Origin: Thermoplasmata archaeon | GTDB lineage: Archaea > Thermoplasmatota > Thermoplasmata > Thermoplasmatales > Thermoplasmataceae | Assembly: GCA_021806235.1 (NCBI GenBank) | Contig: JAJZXU010000022.1 | Location: 12,606-76,605, forward strand | Length of the DNA stretch: 64,000 bases | Reading direction: 5' to 3' | Part shown: positions 37,002 to 46,888 of the stretch, piece by piece | Layout: every line of letters begins with the position of its first letter | Position numbering within the stretch: position 1 is the stretch's first letter | Program-made: the position numbers and the translations under genes | The notes under the pieces: model-generated | The model's input: only the letters and a program-made list of their open reading frames with translations | What the model was told of the DNA's origin: nothing | Database searches by the model: none

Positions 37002-37394
37002 ATGAAAGTGGCAGTAGGGGTACACATAATAGCGGATCTGTATGGGGTAGATGCGGGGTTAATATCTAGCGCCGATACTATTTCTCCAATTGTGGAGAGT
37101 GCAATTAAAGAGGGCAATCTAACTGAGATATCTTCACAGTATTATCAGTTCAGGCCCATGGGCGCGAGTGGTATAGCACTTTTAGCAGAATCACATTTGT
37201 CTTTTCACACATGGCCTGAACATGGGCTTGTTACGCTTGATATATATACATGTGGAGACAGGAGTAATGCAGATAGAGCATTTAATTATCTTCTGAATGT
37301 TTTACAACCAACATCAATAGACTATAGAAAAGTTGAAAGAGGATCAAAGGTGGAGGAAGACGTGAAAATTGATAATCCACAGTTGATGCTGTGA
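37002..37394 (+). CDS. speH: S-adenosylmethionine decarboxylase proenzyme (pyruvoyl, SpeH type)
   Basis: VGVHIIADLYG, self-cleavage site LAESHLSFHTWPE, DIYTCGD. GGAGG lies 5 nt upstream of the ATG. Confidence 0.9.
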   Translation: MKVAVGVHIIADLYGVDAGLISSADTISPIVESAIKEGNLTEISSQYYQFRPMGASGIALLAESHLSFHTWPEHGLVTLDIYTCGDRSNADRAFNYLLNVLQPTSIDYRKVERGSKVEEDVKIDNPQLML

Positions 37395-37398
37395 TAAT

Positions 37399-38322
37399 TT
37401 GTTGAAAAAATATTTTTTATATTTTGCATTTTTTTTATTGCTTATACTTGATTTACTGATATTTTTTTTTAATATTACAGAGAAATATAATGTTTTAATT
37501 ATACCTGGAATTGCTGTGTCGGTTATATCTATATTTATAGCAGGCGATATTTTTTTAGATGTTTCATATAAATTTGGAAACAGTATATCCATATCATCAA
37601 AATCTGTGGGATTGTTTATTGTTGGCGTTGCTGCAATAATAGATGAATTATCCATGTCAGTTATGGCCGCATTAGAAAATCTGGGTTCAATAAGTTTTGG
37701 GGCAATACAGGGTTCAAATGTAATAACATTAATTGCGTTTTTTATTATAATACCGTTATTCTACAGGAGGGGGATTAAAAATTTTAGAATTGATTCATAT
37801 TTAATATTAATTACATCCGTTATAATATATATACTATCATTATTTATTGTTAGAATTCCGTTTTACATTGGCTTTATCACATTATTTATCTTTATATTTT
37901 ACATATTATTAATTAATAAGCAGGAAAGCAATGGAAAAATTATAGAAAAATCGGATAATGACTATTCATATTACTATGGCATATTTTCAATAGCTGTAAT
38001 AATAATAGCATCATATAATATGGTTAATGCAGCATATGTAATTGCATACGTATTCGGGATAAATTCGTTTTTATCATCGTTCTTTTTACTGGGGTTCTTC
38101 GGGTCCCTGCCTGAAATAGTAATGATGTTTATAGCTGCAAAAAGAAATAGAAAAGATGTTTCAGTAGGACTTATCACAGGCAGTACATTATACAAGGAAA
38201 CAATAGTTTTTTCCCTGGCATCGTTTGCAGGAACACTAACGTTTTACAATAGTTTTTTCTCAATAATAACTATGGTAATATTTTCATGTATATTATTAAT
38301 TTATACTGTTTTATTTAAATAG
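37399..38322 (+). CDS. Na+/Ca2+ exchanger (CaCA/YrbG-like) membrane protein
   Basis: Two alpha-repeats: IIDELSMSVMAALENLGSISFGAIQGSNVITL and FFGSLPEIVMMFIAAKRN. Only TTG starts (37399 or 37402) are available near the N-terminus. Confidence 0.75.
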   Translation: MLKKYFLYFAFFLLLILDLLIFFFNITEKYNVLIIPGIAVSVISIFIAGDIFLDVSYKFGNSISISSKSVGLFIVGVAAIIDELSMSVMAALENLGSISFGAIQGSNVITLIAFFIIIPLFYRRGIKNFRIDSYLILITSVIIYILSLFIVRIPFYIGFITLFIFIFYILLINKQESNGKIIEKSDNDYSYYYGIFSIAVIIIASYNMVNAAYVIAYVFGINSFLSSFFLLGFFGSLPEIVMMFIAAKRNRKDVSVGLITGSTLYKETIVFSLASFAGTLTFYNSFFSIITMVIFSCILLIYTVLFK

Positions 38323-40071
38323 CTAAAATCCCCAGAACTGGTTATCCTTTCTCTTTATTTTTATTAATTCATTCATAGTTTCCTTTATATCCGGATCCAG
38401 ATCCTGATCCTTTAATCCCTTTACAACATTTTCAGGGACATCCACGTATAATTCATCATTTGCAAATATGTGCCTGTTCAGGATAACCCCAGCTATGGCA
38501 CAGGATAATTCTGATCCTTTATCCCCAAATTGTTTGCTTATATCTCCATCCCTTAAGCTCTGGACTGTACCTGCATATTTATTATTGCTATTTACTAATT
38601 TATCACCTACTTTAACCCTGCCTGATAATATTTTTATGCCCACTATTACAGGTTTGGCAGCCCTGAATATATAATCAGGCATTATGGTAAACTTTGATGG
38701 TATCGGCATACTATTTTTCTTCTCCTCTTCCATTTCATTCTTTTTAAACTTTAACCACTTATCAAGGTCCTCTATTATAGAATATATTACATTGCCTGTT
38801 ATTGCCCTTGCACTATATGTTTCTATAGCATCTTTTGCATCACTTGATAAATTTACATTAAAACCTACTATAACCTGATCCAGTGGATTATTTAATGTTG
38901 ATATATTCACTATATCCTTTTTTGTTATATCACCTATTTCAGCAGATCTTATATTAATTTTATTCTGCTCCAGCTCATATGCTATTGCTTCAAGTGATCC
39001 AATAGCCTCGGCCTTAATGGTAACACCATTTTCAGATAATTTTATATCGGGCTTTGATTCCTTAATAAGTTCATTATATGCATTCGTTATATTACTATTA
39101 TTTACCCTTATTATTGAGGTACCAGATATTACATCCAGTTTATCCGTAATTAATATCCTTATACCAGATGCAGCCTTAACACTATCTTTTTCTACAAGGC
39201 CTTTTTTCCCTGCTGTTAATAATGCCTTTATTCTTGTTGTTTTTGGGCCTTCTATTGTATTCAATGCTATTGTATCCCCTCTATTCAGGGTGCCCTGATA
39301 TAGTATTGTATCTAAAGTAGTCCCAAGCGACCCCTCCTTTTTTACCTCGATTACGGAACCCCTTGTGTTTTTTTCCTCAAACTGTATATTCTTTTCAAGA
39401 AAATGCTGTGCCAGACCTGTTAAAACCATTAAAATGTCAGGCATTCCTATATTCAATTTTGCACTTACAGGAACTATTGCAAATGATTTTGTAAAATCCG
39501 TTATTCTATCATATCTATCCGATGAAATGCCATGTATATATAAATCATTTATTATCTTGTAAATTCTATTATCCAGCTCATCCCTATATTCCTGTCTCTG
39601 ATACTTAAATACACTAGAAAATGAATCGTTTTTGCCGCTTGTAAAATATGGTATTAAATCCATTTTATTTGCAGCAATTATAAAGGGTGTTTTGTATTTT
39701 TTTAAAATATTTAATGATTCTATTGTCTGTGGCTTTAAACCCTCATTTATATCTATTACTAAAATAGCTATATCGGCCAGTGCACCCCCCATTGCACGCA
39801 TGTTTGAAAATGCAACATGCCCGGGAGTGTCTATAAATAATAATCCTGGAATTTTTATTGGTGTATCTTTAAAATATTTATCAATATTTTTTTTCAATGT
39901 TGTTTTATCTATATCGGTTGCACCTATTTTCTGCGTTATGCCACCTATTTCCCTTTTAGCATATGCAGTACCTCTAATATCATCTAATAGTGTAGTTTTT
40001 CCATGGTCAACATGGCCAAGGACGCATACTATAGGCTCCCTTAAATCTTTCTTTGTGGTTTCCATAATCAA
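38323..40071 (-). CDS. infB: Translation initiation factor aIF5B (IF2 homologue)
   Basis: VLGHVDHGKTTLLD, DTPGH, NKMD. Normal length of 582 aa. Confidence 0.95.
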   Translation of the reverse strand: MIMETTKKDLREPIVCVLGHVDHGKTTLLDDIRGTAYAKREIGGITQKIGATDIDKTTLKKNIDKYFKDTPIKIPGLLFIDTPGHVAFSNMRAMGGALADIAILVIDINEGLKPQTIESLNILKKYKTPFIIAANKMDLIPYFTSGKNDSFSSVFKYQRQEYRDELDNRIYKIINDLYIHGISSDRYDRITDFTKSFAIVPVSAKLNIGMPDILMVLTGLAQHFLEKNIQFEEKNTRGSVIEVKKEGSLGTTLDTILYQGTLNRGDTIALNTIEGPKTTRIKALLTAGKKGLVEKDSVKAASGIRILITDKLDVISGTSIIRVNNSNITNAYNELIKESKPDIKLSENGVTIKAEAIGSLEAIAYELEQNKINIRSAEIGDITKKDIVNISTLNNPLDQVIVGFNVNLSSDAKDAIETYSARAITGNVIYSIIEDLDKWLKFKKNEMEEEKKNSMPIPSKFTIMPDYIFRAAKPVIVGIKILSGRVKVGDKLVNSNNKYAGTVQSLRDGDISKQFGDKGSELSCAIAGVILNRHIFANDELYVDVPENVVKGLKDQDLDPDIKETMNELIKIKRKDNQFWGF

Positions 40072-40487
40072 TGATTCAGTATTTCATTATTGTTAAAAAA
40101 TATTGGGTATTCATGGTTAAATGATTCATCTGAATCGGAAGCATGAACTATATTCTCCTCAATGTTCAATGAAAAATCTCCCCTTATTGTTCCGGGGCTT
40201 GCCTTTGATCCGTCTGTAGTTCCGCATATATTTCTGCAGGATGTTATTGCATTGTCACCTTCGAAAATCATTGCCACGATAGAACCGGAAATAAGATAGG
40301 AAACCAGACCATCGAAGAAGGGCTTTAAACTGTGCACACTATAGTGTTTTTTTGCCTGTTCTTCTGTAACAGTCATGAGTTTCATTGCGATTAATTTCAA
40401 ACCCTTGTTTTCGAACCGTGAAATTACATTACCAATTAATTTTCTTTTGACACCATCAGGTTTTATGAGTATTAATGTTCTTTCCAT
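40068..40487 (-). CDS. ndk: Nucleoside diphosphate kinase
   Basis: ERTLILIKPDGV, NIVHASDS. Confidence 0.9.
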   Translation of the reverse strand: MERTLILIKPDGVKRKLIGNVISRFENKGLKLIAMKLMTVTEEQAKKHYSVHSLKPFFDGLVSYLISGSIVAMIFEGDNAITSCRNICGTTDGSKASPGTIRGDFSLNIEENIVHASDSDESFNHEYPIFFNNNEILNH

Positions 40488-40492
40488 TTATA

Positions 40493-40690
40493 TCATGCCT
40501 TTCTCATTTCCTTTATTCTATGATATTCGTTTGTCCATTTTATGTTTCTTGCAGCACGTTTTAACTGTACCATATTAACCTTGCATTTCTTTGAACAGAA
40601 ATTTAAAACAGCACCATCTTTCCTCACATATATTATTCCCGATGCCGGTTCAATGTCATGTCCACAAAAAGTACATTTTCTATTCTCCAT
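40493..40690 (-). CDS. rpl24e: Ribosomal protein L24e
   Basis: [31 protein letters not shown]. Confidence 0.9.
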   Translation of the reverse strand: MENRKCTFCGHDIEPASGIIYVRKDGAVLNFCSKKCKVNMVQLKRAARNIKWTNEYHRIKEMRKA

Positions 40691-40695
40691 TTATA

Positions 40696-40905
40696 TCACC
40701 TTATTGATAATCTTCTTGCTTCCCTTGCTGTCTCCCTCAACATAAGTATGTCTCCTACGGTAACAGGACCGAGTACATTCCTTGCTATTATCCTACCCTG
40801 ATCTTTACCTGCCAGTACCCTTACCTTTACTGTTGTGGCCTCGCCAGTCATGCCTGTTCTTCCCATTAATTCAACAACTTCTGCTGGAGTTGCTTCATCT
40901 GCCAT
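40696..40905 (-). CDS. rps28e: Ribosomal protein S28e
   Basis: [25 protein letters not shown]...[25 protein letters not shown]. Confidence 0.9.
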   Translation of the reverse strand: MADEATPAEVVELMGRTGMTGEATTVKVRVLAGKDQGRIIARNVLGPVTVGDILMLRETAREARRLSIR

Positions 40906-40910
40906 CTACA

Positions 40911-41471
40911 TCACTCCTCATCAGTTTCTTCTGCGGGTGCTTCTTCCTTCTTTTCTGCTTTCTTGGTTTTTTTCGGTTTCTTTTCTCCGGATTTTGATTC
41001 TTTTTTCTCTTCCTTAGGTTTCTCTTCTTTCGGTTTTTCTTCCTTCTTCTCTTCCTTCGGCTTCTCTTCCTTTTCAGGTTTCTTTTCTGCTTTCTTGTCT
41101 TCCTTACCAGATTTTACATCATTTAGTCCGGACATTATGGATTTATATGCATCTTCATTTTTTCCATAATCCGTAATTGAAAGTGATGCAGCAGAAGCTA
41201 TTCCTACCTTAACTCCAAGATCTTTTTTGTTTTTTACATATGCATAGGGAATCTTTCTTTCCTCACACAATGTTGGCAAATAAAACACAACATCCGGTGG
41301 TGAGACATCTTCTGAGATAATAACCAGTTTGGCTTCTCCTCTCTCTATTGATTTTACTACTTCATTTGTTCCTTTCTTTATCTTTCCGGATCTGTAAGAA
41401 TTTTCAACAAAGTCTAACACTTCTTTTTCTAACGATTCGGGAGCTTCAAATTTTATATAACTGTTTTCCAT
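40911..41471 (-). CDS. rpl7ae: Ribosomal protein L7Ae (K-turn binding) with a 66-residue Lys/Glu-rich C-terminal extension
   Basis: The core is KKGTNEVVKSIERGEAKLVIISEDVSPPDVVFYLPTLCEERKIPYAYV. Residues 121-186 are low-complexity KE repeats. Confidence 0.9.
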   Translation of the reverse strand: MENSYIKFEAPESLEKEVLDFVENSYRSGKIKKGTNEVVKSIERGEAKLVIISEDVSPPDVVFYLPTLCEERKIPYAYVKNKKDLGVKVGIASAASLSITDYGKNEDAYKSIMSGLNDVKSGKEDKKAEKKPEKEEKPKEEKKEEKPKEEKPKEEKKESKSGEKKPKKTKKAEKKEEAPAEETDEE

Positions 41472-41832
41472 ATTAATCCTCCTTCACTTTCTAAACGTAT
41501 TGTAAACAATAATATAAATATTAGCTTATCGCCAGAATTAATATTTAAGCTTGGGTTCTGAAGCACGTTAATGTGGGTCAGATTATATAAGCATAATTTT
41601 ACGGGACCCGTATTCATTTTCTACTTTAAAGTATTAGTATGCTATTTATTATTTTACCATGGTACGGTATATAATGCCATTAAAATTAGGGATATTTTTA
41701 AGAAATCACAAATATTGAGGTCTAAATGTTTGAAACCGGTATGCCATAAATAAAACAGCAATGAATTTTTTCAGTATTTATGATAAATAATAAAATTTTT
41801 AAATGATATCGCATATGAAATATATTTCATAG

Positions 41833-42381
41833 ATGGTATCAATGTACTACACTGTAATAATAAAACCGGATAAAAATATAAGAGATAAAATTACATACAT
41901 GAAAAAGAAATTAGAGAATAAATATGGCTACACCGGAACATTAAGCAATAAAGGAGTTCATATAACTCTGCTATATTTAAAAAATTATAATAAACTGTGT
42001 ATAGATAAAATAATTAAAGTTTGTAATGAAACAAAGGAATTAACAGTGAAAATAGGTAATATAAATTATTTTGAGAAAACAAAAAATGATAAAAAATATT
42101 ACATTGTTTACATAAATGTTATCCCATCTAAGGAATTAATAATTTTTCATAAAAAACTGAACATTGCCCTGAACAAAAACGCATTTATAAATGATGAATT
42201 TGTTCCGCATTTTAGCCTTGTTAGAAAAAATGTTGATGGAAATAGGCTAAATAACATAATGAATGATTTAAAGAATTTTAATATAGATAAGGAGGTTAAA
42301 ATTAATCATATATTAATAGGGAGAAGATCTGATATGAATAAAAGATGGAATTTTAAAAGAGTATATTTCAATAAAATTTAA
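41833..42381 (+). CDS. 2H phosphoesterase (LigT / 2'-5' RNA ligase-like)
   Basis: Two HxT/Sx motifs: GVHITLLY and VPHFSLVR. Confidence 0.7.
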   Translation: MVSMYYTVIIKPDKNIRDKITYMKKKLENKYGYTGTLSNKGVHITLLYLKNYNKLCIDKIIKVCNETKELTVKIGNINYFEKTKNDKKYYIVYINVIPSKELIIFHKKLNIALNKNAFINDEFVPHFSLVRKNVDGNRLNNIMNDLKNFNIDKEVKINHILIGRRSDMNKRWNFKRVYFNKI

Positions 42382-42403
42382 ATTGTAATTATAATAACAT
42401 ATC

Positions 42404-43612
42404 ATGAAAAATGTAATACTGTTAATAATGGATGGCCTTGGAGATAGACCGAATGAAATTTTTGATAATAAAACTGCATTGCAGCATTCATATAAACCCA
42501 ATATGGATTTTCTTGCAGAACATGGTGTAACAGGGCTAATGTCACCTGTTTCCTACGGAATTAGATCCGGATCTGATACGTCCCATTTATCAATTTTAGG
42601 ATATAGACCAGAAGATTATTATACGGGAAGGGGACCATTTGAAGCCCTGGGTCTGGGTATAGATTTAAAACCTGGGGATATAGCATTCAGAGCAAATTAT
42701 GCCTCGGTGGTAAATGATATGGTAGTTGACAGAAGGGCGGGGAGGATAAGGGATACAAGTGATTTATCGAAAGAGCTGGAAACAGAAATAAATGGAATAA
42801 AAATTATTATGAAGTCTGGTGTTGAGCACAGGGCTGCCCTGATATTAAGGGGAGACAACCTATCCGATAAGGTCAGTGATACGGATCCACATGAGGTAAA
42901 CTCAAAACCATTAAATACATCGCCATTGGATGATAACGCAAAATTTACAGCCAGTATAATAAATAAATTTTTAGAGAGGTCAAGGAAAATTTTAAATGAA
43001 CATAAAATAAATAAAGATTTAATCTCAAATGGAAAACTGCCGGCAAATGAAATATTACTTAGAGGAGCTGGAAAAGTACCTGAATTGCCAGATTTTAACA
43101 TAAAATATAATTTAAGGGCAGCGTGCATATCAGGAACGCCTTTAATAAGGGGAATAGCTAAATTGGCGGGATTTGATATAATAGATGTTGAGGGTATGAA
43201 TGGCAGGATAGATACGAATTATAAAAATATTATAAACAGTGCCATGGAGTCCTTGAATAAATATAATTTTATTTTAATAAATATAAAAGGCGCTGATATT
43301 GGTGGTCATGATAAAAAACCAGAAATAAAAAAATATGCAATTGAAGAAACTGATAGGGCATTAAAGCCATTTAAGGATGTATTAAACAATACACTGATAG
43401 TAATCACTGGAGACCACAGTACTCCATGCTCATATGGAGACCATAGCGGAGACCCTGTTCCAATATTATTCAGCACCGATGGAATAATAAATGATGATGT
43501 TAAAAAATTCGATGAATTAAGTGTTTCACATGGTTACTATAAGATAAAAAGTGATGATATAATACCATTAATACTGTCATATTCAGATAGATCTGAAAAA
43601 TACGGTGCTTAA
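42404..43612 (+). CDS. apgM: 2,3-bisphosphoglycerate-independent phosphoglycerate mutase, archaeal type
   Basis: LLIMDGLGDRP, GSDTSHLS, ITGDHSTPCSYGDHSGDPVP. Confidence 0.9.
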   Translation: MKNVILLIMDGLGDRPNEIFDNKTALQHSYKPNMDFLAEHGVTGLMSPVSYGIRSGSDTSHLSILGYRPEDYYTGRGPFEALGLGIDLKPGDIAFRANYASVVNDMVVDRRAGRIRDTSDLSKELETEINGIKIIMKSGVEHRAALILRGDNLSDKVSDTDPHEVNSKPLNTSPLDDNAKFTASIINKFLERSRKILNEHKINKDLISNGKLPANEILLRGAGKVPELPDFNIKYNLRAACISGTPLIRGIAKLAGFDIIDVEGMNGRIDTNYKNIINSAMESLNKYNFILINIKGADIGGHDKKPEIKKYAIEETDRALKPFKDVLNNTLIVITGDHSTPCSYGDHSGDPVPILFSTDGIINDDVKKFDELSVSHGYYKIKSDDIIPLILSYSDRSEKYGA

Positions 43613-43665
43613 TTATATATTATATTTTAATAATTCATCTTATGGTATCCCGCAAATATTTTTAA

Positions 43666-44604
43666 TTAATCTCTGTTTGTTTTAATTACTTCTTTGGTTT
43701 TAGGCACATCATATTCCATTAATTCCTTACTTAAATATGATTCAGTAAAAATGGATTTTGCATCATTTAATAATATATCCAAATCATTGTATCTTGAACT
43801 GTAATGGTATAAGAACAATCTTTTAACATTTGCCGCTTTTGCTATTTCTGCTGCCTGTTTAGCCGAGGTGTGGCCGTATTCATTTACCATGGGCTCCATG
43901 GAAGAATCCATTGTTGTGTCATGTATTAAAACATCGGCATTCCTGGCAAATACCCTCATTGATTTCATTGGTCTGGTATCACCTGTATAAATTATTTTTC
44001 TTCCCTTTTTAATACCTAAAGATAAATCCTCTATTTTATATTCCCTGTTATCTATTTTTAAGGAGCCATTATTCCTTAATTCTTCAAGTTTATTTACCGG
44101 AAATTTTATTTTATCCACAAGATTTTTATCGATTTTCATTAAATCCTTCTCCTCCAGAGAATATGATAGCGCAGGTACAGAATGATCATTTTTCAATGTT
44201 TTTATATAAAATTTATCAAAGTCATATGTTTTATCTGGTTTCAGTTCATATGCATTTACCTTATACTTTATATATCCATAACAGAGTTCTGTTGCCTTTT
44301 TTATAAAATTTATTGCATCCTCTGGGCCGAATATATTTAAATCGTTTTTTCTACCCATGAATGATAATGTATTTAACAATCCAGGTAGGCCCAGGAAATG
44401 GTCGCCGTGGAAATGGGTTATAAAAATATTGCTTATATCCATAAATGAAATAGCACTTTTCATCAACTGTTTCTGCGTGCCTTCTCCGCAATCAAATAGA
44501 TTCATAATGTTATCTATATGTATTGCAACGGATGGCAAACTCCTACCTGGTTTCGGCATTGAACCACCCGTGCCTAGAAAAACAATTTTTACATTTGACG
44601 CCAT
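43666..44604 (-). CDS. rnz: Ribonuclease Z (tRNA 3' processing, metallo-beta-lactamase)
   Basis: FLGTGGSMP, LFDCGEGTQ, ITHFHGDHFLGLPGLL. Confidence 0.85.
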   Translation of the reverse strand: MASNVKIVFLGTGGSMPKPGRSLPSVAIHIDNIMNLFDCGEGTQKQLMKSAISFMDISNIFITHFHGDHFLGLPGLLNTLSFMGRKNDLNIFGPEDAINFIKKATELCYGYIKYKVNAYELKPDKTYDFDKFYIKTLKNDHSVPALSYSLEEKDLMKIDKNLVDKIKFPVNKLEELRNNGSLKIDNREYKIEDLSLGIKKGRKIIYTGDTRPMKSMRVFARNADVLIHDTTMDSSMEPMVNEYGHTSAKQAAEIAKAANVKRLFLYHYSSRYNDLDILLNDAKSIFTESYLSKELMEYDVPKTKEVIKTNRD

Positions 44605-44682
44605 AAGACTATATTAAAGAATAATATATTATATTTAATCTATAGCCATTATTAATCGTTAATGAATGATTTTATTTTAAAT

Positions 44683-45120
44683 TTATGATGTTTTATTCAA
44701 TAAATGCAATTCCCTGAGTATTATTACAAATATTTTATAATATATTGTTACCATTACCGGCATTGATATTGCAAGCACTAAAATTGGGATATAATAATGC
44801 CCCAAAATTACACTCAGTATATCAGATAATAAAATAAATAAACCTAGAATGTATATATAATGTATGTATTTTTTATAATTGTTATCATTTTTTAAAACAT
44901 TGTTAATTGCCATTTCTTTTGGGCGTATCTCTTTAAATTTCATAACATATATAACTAACACAGGTAAAAATAAGGAATCCATAATTATAATTACTGAAGA
45001 GATAGCTTTTAATATTACTTTATTGGAAGCAAGAAATATAATAACAGACATTATCAATATAAATCCAAAAGTAATAGTTTGCATTACCCACAAATAATAC
45101 ATAAATTTTTCTCTTTTCAT
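44683..45120 (-). CDS. Hypothetical membrane protein
   Basis: Four hydrophobic segments. Start taken at MKREKF (45120), 5 nt after the upstream gene's stop; the longer track ORF overlaps that gene. Confidence 0.5.
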   Translation of the reverse strand: MKREKFMYYLWVMQTITFGFILIMSVIIFLASNKVILKAISSVIIIMDSLFLPVLVIYVMKFKEIRPKEMAINNVLKNDNNYKKYIHYIYILGLFILLSDILSVILGHYYIPILVLAISMPVMVTIYYKIFVIILRELHLLNKTS

Positions 45121-45125
45121 ATTTA

Positions 45126-46028
45126 TCACCTGCATGCCGCAGCTATACCTGCTATACTCAGGCCAAAAAAGTTTAAACTGAAAAAGAATCCCCATGCAGC
45201 TAATGGTGTTACTGACCCAAAGGATCCGATTATGGCTGCTACAGATAGTGCCATGCCCAATGCACCACCTAGGGTCATTATAATGCTATATATACACATG
45301 AAACTATAGTCTATTATTATTGATTCTGTTTTATCTATCTCCATATTCTTAATATTCTTATTTGTATCCTTAAGCATATTACCCATTGCTAATGCTATAT
45401 AGCCATATTCTATTCCGAACTTATGCATCGTATTATTACTGGAACCCATATAATTCATTGATATTAATTCAATAGAATTTATTAATGTTTTCATCTGATT
45501 ATTGTATGATGATTTATAATTCAGATTAAATTCATTGCCCAGCAATATCTTGGATGAGTTTAGGGGTACTATGTTTGCATAGATGTGTGATGTGTTGGTA
45601 TTATTGCTACCGGATATTATATCTGCTATTTCTACCTTGTAATTATTAAACCTCTCTGTAAATGCAATGGAATATCTTATATTAGAATTGTTATAGTACT
45701 GCACTAAATAATTTGTGCTGTTTGTTTTTATATAATCTGATTTGTATGGTGTAATATTATTATTACTGGCATTATCCTTATATGAGTATATGCTGTTTAT
45801 TGATGTTTTATTGATACTGTTAAAATTTATAGCTCCACTCTTGGATACAGCATAATTGTGCATGAATGTAATATTATTTATTTTTACAGATTTATCTGTA
45901 TCATTATTTGAAGCGGTTTTTTCATCTATACGGTTAATATTATTTAATGGTGCGGTATTAAAGGATATCATGATAAACATTGTAACTACTAAAATGGATA
46001 TGGCTATTACTATATTACTTCTCCTCAT
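45126..46028 (-). CDS. Hypothetical Asn/Ser-rich exported protein with N-terminal signal anchor and C-terminal membrane anchor
   Basis: N-terminus MRRSNIVIAISILVVTMFIMISF. The body is Asn-rich. The C-terminal ~60 residues are Gly/Ala-rich and hydrophobic. Confidence 0.55.
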   Translation of the reverse strand: MRRSNIVIAISILVVTMFIMISFNTAPLNNINRIDEKTASNNDTDKSVKINNITFMHNYAVSKSGAINFNSINKTSINSIYSYKDNASNNNITPYKSDYIKTNSTNYLVQYYNNSNIRYSIAFTERFNNYKVEIADIISGSNNTNTSHIYANIVPLNSSKILLGNEFNLNYKSSYNNQMKTLINSIELISMNYMGSSNNTMHKFGIEYGYIALAMGNMLKDTNKNIKNMEIDKTESIIIDYSFMCIYSIIMTLGGALGMALSVAAIIGSFGSVTPLAAWGFFFSLNFFGLSIAGIAAACR

Positions 46029-46053
46029 AATATAATATAATATAATATAATAT
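46029..46053. repeat. Perfect pentanucleotide tandem repeat (AATAT)x5 abutting a start codon
   Basis: Counted directly: 46029-46053 is five AATAT copies, immediately 5' of the ATG at 46028 of the minus-strand exported protein. Confidence 0.9.
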
Positions 46054-46108
46054 ATAAATATTTCTATGCATTTAATAATAAATAATACCTTGAAAATTAA
46101 GTTTTAAT

Positions 46109-46253
46109 TTAAAGGCAACTGTTACATCTATAAACTTTTCCTAAAAACCCTTTTTTGGCTCTTTTGTATCAGATATTCCCTTTATGTTTTTGTACACACG
46201 TTTGATCCGTGAATCTATGAATTCTTGACTCTACAGTAGGAACATTTAATCAT
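46109..46253 (-). pseudogene. Possible frameshifted remnant of a small zinc-ribbon gene
   Basis: Minus-strand reading across three frames: MIKCSYCRVKNS*, then FIDSRIKRVYKNIKGISDTKEPKKGF*, then KVYRCNSCL*. This gives two CxxC pairs ~35 residues apart. Speculative. Confidence 0.25.
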
Positions 46254-46520
46254 GTTATAACAATCAAATTCCTTGATCACACCAGGAAATAAAGTTATTG
46301 GGAAACGCCTATGTTGATCATTAACTGCTGGGTTTTGCACTCTTTTATCCTATATAACCTTTAAATTTGAGGTGCACCTGAATAGAAGTTATGTGCTGGG
46401 TGATTCCCATTATACAAATTCTCCGGAGAGGGTAGTAAAATTCAAAATTTCCGTTAATTTTCTCATAAAAAGAATAGCAGCAGATGACCACCGCAGTGTT
46501 TAATAAAAAGTTATTATATC

Positions 46521-46826
46521 ATGTTTCAATATATATTTATGATAAATCAGGAAGTAAACATAAAAAATAAAAAATTTACATACATAAATGAAAAACTTGG
46601 AAAGAAAGCCCCGCTGGTTATTTTAAAGGGAGATACAGGGTATATAATGTGTGGCTATTTAAATATAGATGCTGCAAATTCTCTGGGTGATATAGCGGTT
46701 AGAGTTAGTGGCGTCAATGATATAGACGATGTTCTGAATTCAAAGGTAAATTCATGTACAGATAACGCAAAAAATCTCGGCATAAAACCCGGAGATAATA
46801 TCATGGATATTATAGACAAATTATAA
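46521..46826 (+). CDS. DUF1805 (YunC-like) domain protein
   Basis: PLVILKGDTGYIMCGYLNIDAANSLGDIAVRVSGVNDIDDVLNSKV matches my recollection of the YunC family pattern. Start may be ATG 46539. Confidence 0.55.
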   Translation: MFQYIFMINQEVNIKNKKFTYINEKLGKKAPLVILKGDTGYIMCGYLNIDAANSLGDIAVRVSGVNDIDDVLNSKVNSCTDNAKNLGIKPGDNIMDIIDKL

Positions 46827-46888
46827 TTGGAAATATTAGTAATCTGGTAAACCAATAATCTTATATACTTATAATCCATATAGATATT

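Noticed and set aside
41472-41832. 360-bp spacer upstream of the L7Ae operon scanned for C/D-box sRNA or SRP RNA; also the 60-aa ORF at 41571-41753
   Set aside because: No RUGAUGA...CUGA pairing and no extended GC-rich stem were found. The ORF has no support. It is probably a promoter region shared by divergent genes.
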